In this document: positions 1 through 11,107 of the stretch, piece after piece
Numbering within the stretch: position 1 is the stretch's first letter
How the letters are laid out: each line of letters begins with the position of its first letter
Origin: Tubiluchus corallicola
Lineage: Eukaryota > Animalia > Priapulida
Length of the DNA stretch: 64,000 nt
Direction: 5' to 3'
NCBI GenBank assembly: GCA_030141605.1
Contig: JAQGDQ010000098.1
Location: 248,001-312,000 of the forward strand
The notes under the pieces: generated by a model
What the model was told of the DNA's origin: nothing
The model's input: only the letters and a program-made list of their open reading frames with translations
The model's database searches: none
Position numbers and translations under genes: made by a program

Positions 1-329
1 ATATCATTGACTTACCTCCAGGGTGCAATACTCATTAACCTAAAAACGTATTTAAATCTTATTGACAAAATACAGTAATTTAAAATTTTACTGCGTTAGT
101 GACGTGTGCGCTACGAATGATATGATTATTTTTTCAAACTTTACTCATTGTTATCTAAACTTGTTTCACATGACAAAATAGCTGCGTCTAACGGTCATCG
201 CTGGAGTTTAAATTTACAGGTTTTATATTGTGTTACTGCCGACGCGGGCCCTGTATGCAAAAAGGCAGTACGTAGGTTTTAAGCTTTTTATAAGTGGAGG
301 GTTTTATTGTGCTTTAACTCAAATTATAT

Positions 330-820
330 TACGTTGCCTTAGTTACCTTAGTAACATTACTTTGTCTCATAATAACTCTTTTGCCTTACTTCGCTAGATT
401 TTGTCTAAGGTTTTTTTATGTTGTCTTTATGTTATCATACCATACCTTAGTTGCCTTACCTTACATTACCTTATCTTTACTTTTACATCTTTTTAGAATT
501 TGATACTTTCCTTATTTAACTTTACCTAACTGTACCTTGTTTTACCTTACTTTATCTTATCTTGCCTTTCTTTATCTTTATTTTGCCTCTTTTTAGAGAT
601 TGGTTCTGTTCCTTACTTATCTTTACCTCACTGCGCGTTACGTTACCTTGTTACATTACCTTACGTTGCCTTACCTTACCTTACTTTGCCTTTCCATACG
701 CTATCTTATCTTACCTTACCTTGTTTTACTTTCCTAGCCATACATTTTCTTACCTTACTCTACCTTACCTTACTTTATCTTACCTTTCCTACTTTGCTTA
801 AGCATACCTTACCTTACTTT
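330..820. repeat. Degenerate (CCTTA)n pentanucleotide array
   Basis: Repeated ccttaccttac-type units. Confidence 0.85.
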
Positions 821-871
821 TATTTTCAAAATGAGTAAAAAATTATCAATAATGACATGATTAATTTTCAG

Positions 872-1084
872 ATTTGGAAAGCATTGTGTCTCCTTATGCC
901 ACGTCAAACGTCTTTTCTTCAAAATCAGCCGGCGAGACTACAAAGGACTTCCTCGTTACGCCGTCAATGGATGGTAATTTTTATCACAACATCGCGCCAC
1001 CAGTGCCCTCCCGACCAGAAAGATCTTCCCCTTTTCCGTTTCCCGTAACGGAGGCCGCTACTGGCTGTATTCAGCCAAATGGAG
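872..1084 (+). CDS. Dscam: Dscam-A cytoplasmic exon (LESIVSPYATSNV...PPVPSRP...)
   Basis: ttttcag acceptor, G|GTAAAA donor, phase 1-1; PYAT and PxxPxR motifs. Confidence 0.75.
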
Positions 1085-4000
1085 GTAAAAGTTATAATTA
1101 CATTCAAAATACTGTTTAAGTACACTTGTTTCCGCTATTATTCACATCAAACGCCTAAAGTAAAGATCTGCTTCTAACGTGAACTACAGTGACTTTTGAA
1201 GAAGCTACTGAACTAACAGAAACAAGCATCAATTACTAGATATCCTGCTATTAAACGCAGGATAATTTTGTATTTCAAGAAACAGAAAACGTCCAACTAC
1301 AATTTTTTGTGCCGTTATGGTACAAAATTTCTTAAGTTTAAAATCTATTTCTAATTAAACAGCATTTCAATTGAAAAACGACAACGACAATTAAACAAAA
1401 ACCTATAGTTGTTAGCTAAAGAGAACTGTCGCTGTTTCTGATCCTGTTGTAGCATTTCAGTAAGGTGGATCTGGACAGCATTTGATTTGTTGGTGTCAGA
1501 AATAAATATCTTAATTTTTAACCAATTATTTCGATTGTAGGTATGAACGGAAAACATCAACTGATGAGCTACAGAAAAGGTCCTGCTCCAAATCAACCTG
1601 GCTTCAGGAAAGGTCTTCCTCCGGTTTTACCAAAACCCAACCTGCATTCGGATAATACGTCACCGTACGACAACATTTCAGGCAGTACAGGTTATCTTAC
1701 ACGCTTATAGACTTAGTTCTTCTCTCTTTAGTACGCCTCCTCGGCGTTGAAATAAGAATTTACATAAACATAACTACATAAATATACATATGTGGAATGA
1801 AGCAAAAGAAGTCAGGGAAACAATCTTCAGGTGAGGAATTTCGTAGATTAGAGGCTAGAATAAAAAACAGGATTCATGAGCTGAACTGTGCAGCCTATCC
1901 CACTTCGAACAAGCTGTCGGTATTTAGCAACTAGCAAAGAAAGGTCCAGAGAGATCCCCATAAAAGTAGCAATAAATGAAGATTAATTTTTTTATACATC
2001 ACGTCTTGGATAATTAAGCGTTTATAAAGTTGTCGCCAAATCAAGCCCAACTAGCTTGATAACACACGTCTCATAATCTTTCAAGTAAGTCAAGGTATAA
2101 CAGGATGAGCACTAACCAAGATGATTACAAAACTAGCTGTACCAAGGATTTTAATTTCTGCATGTAAGTTGCCTTAGAGCAAGGGCTTAATGACAACGAA
2201 AAAAAAACGTTGAGCAACCAGCAAAGGGGGCACAGAATTTCGGTTAGTCGGACTATAAGTCGACGACTATAATTGAAACAAGCCTTCGAAACCTGGCACC
2301 ATCTGACAAGAACTTGCTACAATAGGGCAGTTGTTCCCATTTATTTTTGTACTGTGCACTTTTAAATGTAGTAGATTTAAAGTAACATAATTATACCTCC
2401 TTTTATTGGTGAAGTTAATTGCTAATTTGTTCAGTTTCATTGAGTTATCAGTGTTTGTTAGTAGTTTGCCTTTAGTACGATGCTGTAAAGTCAATAAATT
2501 AGTGGACATAATGCGAAGTTTTTTGTACTGAAATCAGTAGTGGTAAGTCATTAATGTAGATAAGAAAAGGTTGAATCCTCGTGGTTAGTTTAGGTATTTT
2601 TTCAAATTGTTTTAGGAAAGAATGTCACCTAGGCTACAAAAGTTAAGGGACACGAAAACTCAGTCATTGAGTGGCTTTCACTAAGAGTCACGTCCAGAGT
2701 ATCGATTTATCAATACTTTGTTTTTCAGTATTTTCTGATCAGTTGGTCGTCTTTGATCCTTTCAGAAACTGTTCAAGATCACTGGGTTCGTATGCAAAGT
2801 GAAACCGTTAAGAGTAATTCTATGACCATGTAATTGAATAGTCCACGTCTTCATAATTAGAAAAGTCTAGATTTCAAGTCCCGTTTGAAGAACGAGAGGG
2901 AACGTTTAACGCCTTTCTTTTCATTCTAAAACATATTTTTCTTCAGAGGATTAAGAAGCGCTCTAATAATGGTAACGGTTGTTAACATTTTATTAATAGA
3001 AATCATGACAAATGCAGAATCAATTACGAATAATAGAAATGCAGAATAAATTACGAATAATAGAAATGCAGAATAAATTACGAAGAGTTATTCAAACGAA
3101 TAATCGTTAGGTGGTTCCCAGTTTAATCTCTCTAATAGTTCCTGGGTGGCACATTTATTCCAGCATCTCCCTTACAGTCAGAACGTTCCAGAATTCAAGT
3201 CCCGGTTGAGGAACGAATTTTTTACTAGTTTTTTTCTTGCCCAGCTTGATCAAAATGAAAAAAACCGTTAATGATATTCAAAATCATAGTTTAATGAGTC
3301 AATAAATTAGTGGACATAGTGCGAAGTTTTTTGTACTGAAATCAGTAGTAAGAGGCAGGTCATTGATGTAGATAAGAAAAAGTGATTCTAGGTTGAATCC
3401 TTGAGGTTAGTTTAGGCATTTTTTCAAGTTGTTTTTGTGACGTGCTCTTATATGGTTTATATTTTAATGTTTGTGCTCACTAAGGTTTCCCCTCACTGTT
3501 TTTAGCGGGCAAGCCACGAGGCGTTACATCCTCTAGTCTAGACTTATCATGGCAGCAGTCTTTGTGAATAAACAGATTAATAAGCAAGAAAGATGTACGT
3601 TAAATGTTCTATAAAGTTTCTAAGAATGTTACAAATGTTGCCAAGACGTTACAGACTGTTATTAACATTTTATTAATAGAAATCATGACAAAAATGCCGA
3701 ATCTATTACAAATATTTATTCGAACGAATAATCGTTAGAAGGTGGCTCCCATTTTAATCTCTCATTCTATTCTATTCTAGGAAACCCTTGCAGTCAGAAC
3801 GTTTCAGAATTCAAGTACTGGTTGAGGGACGAATTTTTTACTAGTTTTTTTCGTGTCCAGCTTGTCCAAAATGAAAAAACCGTTAATGATATTCAAAATC
3901 ATAGTTTAATGACAGTGATAAAAGCTATACCGGTTATAAACATTTTACAAATAAAAGACATAATAAACTATCTAGTGCTAATTTATTATTACAATCATTC

Positions 4001-5184
4001 CTCACTTGTCGTAAGTAAATAAGGCGTTGTATATATGCACAAATGATCTTTCAGTTAAAAATTCCAAAAGTCTAATTGCGTAATTTTGATTATAATGCTA
4101 GAACAAGAAATTGATAGTGGCTAGCACGCGTTACTTTATGATTTAATTAAAGAATTATAATTTTTTGTAATTAATTTATTGTACGGCATTTAAAAAAACT
4201 CAACTATATTTACTGTAACAACAGTCATATTCTAAATTTAAAAAATCCTCAGTTCATATCTGGCTGGTGACCATGCCTAGACTACTTTTCCCATTTGTTC
4301 GCGATACGATTTCTTGCGTTGTCTCTTAACCCAGCACGAAAACCTCCTGCACCACCTGGCATTCCCGAAGGTGACTTTTGACATAAGGTCGCGCCGAAGA
4401 GCTGTTAAAACACAAAATTTAATGAGAAGTACCATAATTATAATCATAAATGGCATATAGTTCTAACAAATGCACTTCAATTTCTGCAAATCTCAAGATT
4501 TCTAAATGATAAAGCATAACGGCACTTACTACAAAAGCTACCATAGCGAACAGAAATGCACGTAAAAACTTCATGTTCTTTTTGATATCTGTAAGAAACA
4601 ATACGATCCTATTTATCAACTCTTGATAAATGCAAAAGATGGTATCATTAATAAACTGAAATTCAGCGTAACTAATGAAGCATCTAATCAAAGATCTCAA
4701 CAGTATTTAAGATCTTCATTTATTTTCGAATCGTCTTCAGGCGAAGACTGAAGAGTGGAATCTTAAGCAGTGCTTGTCATTCTTCGCCTGATAACAGTTA
4801 TTTGAATATGTGCTCATTTCAGTTTATTGATGAATTATAAATTTACTCAGAATTGTTTTTATATTCTATTAGTTGAAGCTTTTGGGTGGTAGAAGCTTTA
4901 TTTGAAATGCAAAATTCACAGAAAATCAGGTGTAATAACAATTGCCTTTTAATTTTGTAATGTTTTGAGTAAATAAGGCATTATACATATGCAAATATAT
5001 ATATCTGGTATAATTTTTCGGATAAAGTTGCGTATTTTGATTATAACAAATGCTAGAACAAGAAATTGTTGTGGCAAGTACGTGTAACTTTGCAAAAACT
5101 ATAATTTGTTATAATAAAGTTATTGAAATTCCCTCAACGATGGTGACGATTGTGATGGTAATGATGATAGTGACGACAACACTG

Positions 5185-5217
<33 letters not shown>

Positions 5218-8200
5218 GTAATAATAACAATAATAATAATAATTATTATTATAATAACAAATCAAAATGAAGTAGAACCTTAATTATTTTGTATATTAAA
5301 ATTAATAATGCTATCAAGCTTACCTTTCTAAAGATTGATAACCTTTTAACAGCTGTTACAGTACGAACTGCCGCTTCTCCACCAATTACAATAATAAATA
5401 TTGTATCTTAGCGAATTTTCGTTCGTGCGTAAAATAGCGTCATATTACAAGCAGCATTTTTACAAGAACTAAATGGTCAGGATTCAAATAAATCCTTATA
5501 CTTGTTCGTGTTATACAACTTTCATGTATGTATTTTTCTTTATAGCCATCCTTTCCTGTATACTTAATTTTGACCGCTGAAATGTCTGATGGTAAAGAAA
5601 AGAAAGATAAAACCAACATTTTTATTGCATTATTTTTATACAAAAGATTAATATAAAAAACGGAAATGTTTTTTTCTATGTTTGTTATGTTTTTAATTAA
5701 TTTATTTTTTCCTATTGCAGTAGATTGATAATGGATGAATTATTTTCGTTAAGCACAGTAATCTTTGGAAAAAATATTTTATTACCTTGATTGAATATTT
5801 TATATATTGTAATGCTAAATATACAAATAAATAAATCTAATTCTAAAAAAAAAGTTTATCTGGCACGGATGTGAAATTTTGAGGAAGAAACCTACATATT
5901 TGTGGCTATATGTATCCATTTTCATTCTTGGAATCTCGTAAAATGTACATTCTGTAAAAGCAATCTTACAAGTTATAATTATGTGTTGTTCTAATAAAAG
6001 TATGTATTTGAAGTAATGTAAAAATGCGTCGACTTTGTAAGCTTGCGCTTAGAAGTTGTAATAAAAGAGATTTAACGATAAATGTTTATTCAACAGTGGT
6101 TTTTAGCCATTTACAACAGGTATTTCCAAAAATCGTAAAAGAAGTAAGACATTCGTTACGTGAATTACATGTACTTTTCAACTTATACGATAACTTTTAT
6201 TTAAAAGTGTAGTAAAATTACACACTGCGCTGGTTAAACGCGAATTTACACTTTGGCAATGTACTTGATTCCATTTTTTATACAAGATCTTTATAAGACC
6301 ATTGCTAGAATACGGAATTATAATATGGTCCAATTGTTCAACTAAGAACTTTATTAAAATTGAAAGTGTTCAGTATAAAGTGATGCTATATATTGCAGGA
6401 TCTATGAAAGGCACGAGTCAGAGGAATCTTAATCTGTTACTAGGTCTTCCATCATTTAAACAAAGGGGTGAATTACTTAAGGTCTCTATTTTGCCAAAAA
6501 AAATTATCACAGTGCTCCTCAATACTTATGTACCATTTTAGAAAAATATTGTTCCATCAGATATTACTTGCTGCGCGATCTGTACCTTTTAAAGCATACT
6601 GCTTAATTGTATAACGCATAGTGATTAAGTTTATGGAATAAGATAAGTATTGAATTAAATAAACATACAATTGTTTTTAAACGCTTTGTTTCTAGGGAGT
6701 GGAAACTCTTTAATAAATTTCTGTGTAAAAAAAGAATGAAGATATAAAATGTTAGCAAATAGATTCATTTTGATTTTTACTCACTTGAATTCTGATTTGT
6801 TTGCTCGCAACCAGACAGATACTCCAGTATGTTTTTGTAATAGATCCATTGAAAAGTATGTCCATTCCTTTTTAATGTACACGTTATGGAAATGAAAGCA
6901 ATATTTTCCTAAATGAATTACTTCGTAACAATTTCAGTAGTCGTGAGCAAATTGTAAATTTTAGTTATAAGTCTATGTGTAATCCAGTGATGAGTTTATT
7001 GAACTCTTGCAATAACGAGCTTCTATTTATCATAGTTTAAAATTTTATAAAATCAACGAAAATATTTAATTAAAAATAAATATTGAGACTAGTAACTTTA
7101 CAAACTGAAGAATTTCTATTGTTCAAGCAGATTTGAGCTTGCGCGTCTTTTGATGTGAATTCATGTATTGTTAAATTGAGATGATTTCCTGCGATATTAT
7201 GCCTAATTGATATATGTATGCTTAATTGATGTTATCTGATTTGAAAATCTTATCGATTGTTAAATTAGCACTAGTGTCTTAATGCATTGACTCGTTGCAC
7301 CTGTACTGTGGAGAGACTCATATCAGTTATAACTGATTTGTTAACCCACTTTAAAATATATTTCCTGTCCTTATCTCTTGCAGCCTCACTAAATATTTCG
7401 TATAAGGATTCCCGCGATGGATTCTCAGGATCGAAGGAAGTCTCTCCACGATTTCTCTGGGTCAATGCTTATAGAGTCGGGCAACTTTAACAAATAGTTT
7501 TGATATCCAAGTTGCCTTACCACAACTATTGGTTAGAGAAAAAGCGATTTTCCAGTGCAAGAGTTCACCCGTGAGATTTTTACGTTCCCATGATGTTAGA
7601 AACCAGCTATTAAATAAAATTTTATTTTTAGAATCTCAAATGTATCTTTCGCCAGTCACACCTAGTGTTTCAAATTCGAAAACAGAAAGAGTTATTTCTT
7701 GTTATTAAGATGTTTTTGATATGGATATCAGAACTTTCCCTTGTATAACCAAAAAAATTGGCCATAACTGTAACATTTGAAGGTAGTATTTTATTACAAA
7801 TTTACTATGAATCGACTCCAAATAAAAATGTTTTTCATTTTATTGCTGATTTTTTTCATTTATAATTCATACTACATGCTCGCGGAATAAAAACATATTC
7901 TTCAAAACACAGTAAATGCTAGTGCTTGTTCCGGAATGCTTGAGTGGTTACGGTGTGTGCTTAGCGACTGAATTTAAGCAGTGTCGTACCCAATCAGTAA
8001 AGGAATGCGTAATCAAAGAACAAACTGATTCTATATGGTTTCATCTGCCATACTGCCTTCGGCTATTTACTTCGTTTAGGGAAAATGTATAAACAACAAA
8101 ATATACATAAGAGGCGTTTGTCGGTTAAACATTTCATCTAGTGAAATAACCTTTGAGAATGAAATAGATTCTGGCATTGTCTCAATCATCTACATTGTCT

Positions 8201-11107
8201 GTCCACCTGCTAAACTGTCAGCAAAAACATTAAACGAATCAACGCCAACTGCTACTAAGCTTATACGTTGCCGGTTTTTTGTAGATGATAAAAAGAGGAG
8301 AAGTTTGGTTTCCTCTGTCACAACCATATCTTCCAATTACGACGAGTTGAAACTTGCTTACGAGAACTTTAAACTGAATCCTGAACGCATCTCGGAATGC
8401 GACTACGCCGTGCCGGTCGACACACCGAGACCTGGGATTCCCATAGCCGATACAGACTCGGCAGAGAGCACGGATCCGGGCATTGTGCGGTTTACCCAGT
8501 CACCTCCTAAAGCGCACGAACAGAGGGAAAGTACCTGCGTTCTGCAAACTTATAACGGTATGTGGTGGTCCTAGTTAAATTGCTTGTGCAAAGTCATTTC
8601 TAATTAAAAATGTGCAGTGATTTATACGAAAAGCAAATGATAGACTGAGGTGTACAGTTCTCTCTCACAAATGATACGTTTTGGATGTTTTTTCCGTTTA
8701 TTATTATATATCCAGTAGGCCTGCTTAGCGTAAGAAGTACGAATAAATATTACTAATCATTAGTAGGGAAATTATTGGGCTTAAAAGTTAATTGAACCAT
8801 TTTTTATTTATCCAGATTTTAATTTAGCTTCTGATATTAAAAACAGCATGATGTCTATGGTGTTAAATTCACTTCATATGCAAACAATCAATACACAACA
8901 CTTTATAGTGCATTATATAGATGGTTTCTCCTCTTTTTTGTGAATTTCGACAATAAAAGGCTGTTCTCTGTTGTGCTAAAGTTCAACATATATACGTCGT
9001 TCTTGCAAACGTTCGTACTAAGCAATACACAAATAACGTCCTATAATTATGCATTACACAGAGACGATGCTGCGCCACTTACTGTCTGGTGTTGAAATCT
9101 TTTTTTACTTGAATGTAAATGCTACGTTGTGTCTATGAAATTGTAACATTTTAGATGTCATTGTTGCTGCCATCCATAGAAAACCCAGCATGTCAAGTGA
9201 CACAACAACAGACTATGATGGTCGTTCTCCAAAGGAGAAGTCAAAACGTCCTAAAAGAGCCAAATCTCAAACTTCTGTGAATACGAGGCAATCTGGCCAA
9301 AGTGGAAAAGCAACAAGGTTTTCTCAAATACGTTAAACTCATTTAACAAAATCTGTTACATGTTTATTTGGTTTTGTTTTGTTCTGGCATTATCTATTAT
9401 TTAACGCTGCTCATAGATGATAGTGAAGTATCACTTTGTTTTAAAATTATTCACAACTTGTGCGATTTCACGACTATTAACTGATGTGCAGGATTTATTT
9501 TAATTTTATACATGTTTCAACTTCTGGAGTTTAATTTTCAATTTCTTTTAGATTATGATTTTCACTTCTGATCTTTGCAGCAGACGACCAACAAATAATG
9601 GCTCCTCTAGTGATGACGAAGTAACATCAGCAAATTCAGAAGAGGCGCAGCGAACAGGTGGCGCTCCTTACGCAGAAGGTGACTATAAAATTTCACTCGA
9701 ATGGGACCTTGTCTATGATAACATCTAATGTATAGTTAATCTGTATTATCTAGTGCATGAAATGGTACAGGCAGATAGGCATCACAGAAAACAAAGACTT
9801 ACCAACGGGCTACGAAACTCTATTTTGTGGGCAGGCAGTCAAATAAGGTGTCTGGTTAAATGACGACTTGGGTGCTGACGTAACAAATAACACTTTTATT
9901 CCAAAATGATATGAAATGTATCATCATAATAGCCGCTTGTACAAATTATCAATATATTAAAGAGTGGAACTCAGGGGAAATAAAAGATGAAAAATATTTT
10001 TACTAAACTGCTCTTAACACAACCAATAGAGATTAAAAAAAATGTGATGTGTGCCCTGGTTTTCTTAACATTCCCTATGAAGATAAATTTCTATTCGAGG
10101 AAAATAAAGATGTAGGGTTTTTACAGATAGCATGCCATTTTATTAATGAAATTTTTGGAACCTGCGTTTGAGGGTCTTTTAGCTCGAATGGTAAATTTCT
10201 ACAACATTTGATTGCTGGGCTAAACATGTAGTTTATGTGTGAAAGCTTATCTCCTCTTTTGTTGGAAGTTTATTTTGTAATAGTTTGTGTTCGGGGTATT
10301 ATAGAAATCATTAGTACTTATTGGTGTTCATTCGTGATTCTTGATGTTGATGGATTTGCAAGTTAATAATATTGTTTCTTGTACCAAATAAATTTATCAC
10401 ATTTACATTAAATATCCCTCCCAGTTTAGCCATGTGCCTGAATAATAGTTTTAGAGGTTAAGTCTACGCGCTTTGTAAGCCGTTCATTCATTGCATTACA
10501 GATTGTGCAACTTCTCCTTCATTATCAGCCCTAACTTGCAGAGAGCGGCGAGTTTGTCCAATCATCATAAATACTTCTGGAAGGTAAGAGCTTCGGGTCA
10601 CGCATCTTGCGATGCTCATAAAAATCCTTTAGCTGTAAACTATGCGTGTGCAAGACAAATGCATTTTCCATTAAAGATGCTCCAGCCATTTAGCGCATCT
10701 CAGCTGAAGAAGTCATTCCTATTTTCATTTAATGGGGTGCCTTTTTTGGATTTTGCGTATTGGTATCAGGAAATGAATACAATGATCTTTGTTAAAAAAT
10801 ATACACATGTTCGTTTACTGCTTAAAAACATACAAATCTATAGTGATCTATCTATGGATACTTATGGAGTGTATGATGGTAGTACTGATTTGAGTTTAGT
10901 AAACTGTGTGCATAAAAATTGCGAAAAGTTACTCAAGCTTCGTCAAACGTAGCTCTTTCATTTCTGTTTATAACAAACGCTATCAATTGCAGGACCAGTT
11001 CCAAACAAGACTTCTTGGATTCATCGAGGATAGGGTTACAAGCGTCTAGTGATACAGACAAGGATAGCGGATACAGAGGGTATACGCCCGAGTTTACAGT
11101 CGTATAG
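872..11107 (+). CDS. Dscam: Dscam paralog A, 3' part (cytoplasmic tail; 7 coding exons; gene starts upstream of window)
   Basis: Exons 872-1084, 1541-1690, 8285-8557, 9155-9317, 9581-9678, 10502-10583 and 10993-11107 have AG/GT boundaries and compatible phases (1,1,1,2,1,2), giving one open frame. The product contains SPYAT, SSNYDELKLAYENFK and DPGIVRFTQSPPK (recalled human DSCAM tail: SSTYEELARAYEHAK and ESGICRFTASPPK) and ends ...EFTVV* (recalled DSCAM end: SYTLV). Confidence 0.85.
1541..1690 (+). CDS. Dscam: Dscam-A cytoplasmic exon (MNGKH...PPVLPKP...SPYDNISGST)
   Basis: ttgtag acceptor, CAG|GTTATC donor, phase 1-1, open frame, Pro-rich. Confidence 0.7.
2490..3912 (+). repeat. Diverged tandem duplication (~2490-3297 and ~3298-3912)
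   Basis: Shared blocks gtcaataaattagtggacata...; ttaacattttattaatagaaatcatgacaaa; ...ccgttaatgatattcaaaatcatagtttaatga. The first copy has an internal 27-bp repeat at 3011-3083. Confidence 0.85.
4012..5092 (+). repeat. Short direct repeat pair (~4012-4120 and ~4969-5092)
   Basis: gtaaataaggc...ttgattataa..tgctagaacaagaaattg..gtggc present in both. Confidence 0.7.
6230..6545 (+). mobile_element. Decayed non-LTR retrotransposon (CR1/L2/Jockey-like) ORF2 3' fragment
   Basis: YKIFIRPLLEYGIIIWSN...IESVQ, a typical post-RT LINE motif. Confidence 0.75.
8285..8557 (+). CDS. Dscam: Dscam-A cytoplasmic exon with conserved DSCAM tail motifs
   Basis: tttttgtag acceptor, G|GTATGT donor; SSNYDELKLAYENF and GIVRFTQSPPK. 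Confidence 0.88.
9155..9317 (+). CDS. Dscam: Dscam-A cytoplasmic exon (basic, Ser/Thr-rich)
   Basis: ttttag acceptor, AG|GTTTTC donor, phase 1-2, open frame. Confidence 0.65.
9581..9678 (+). CDS. Dscam: Dscam-A cytoplasmic exon (RRPTNNGSSSDDEV...PYAE)
   Basis: ctttgcag(cag) NAGNAG acceptor, AAG|GTGACT donor, phase 2-1. Confidence 0.65.
10502..10583 (+). CDS. Dscam: Dscam-A penultimate exon
   Basis: ttacag acceptor, AAG|GTAAGA donor; phase 1-2 bridges the flanking exons exactly. Confidence 0.6.
10993..11107 (+). CDS. Dscam: Dscam-A last coding exon, class I PDZ-binding end (FTVV*)
   Basis: ttgcag acceptor, phase 2, TAG stop at 11105-11107; AATAAA at 11174. Confidence 0.75.

Noticed and set aside
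330-820. Possible interstitial arthropod telomere repeat
   Set aside because: The unit is CCTTA/TAAGG, not CCTAA/TTAGG, and is highly degenerate
10491-10952. 153-aa ORF as an independent gene
   Set aside because: No recognisable domain; it overlaps a Dscam-A exon read in another frame plus intron sequence
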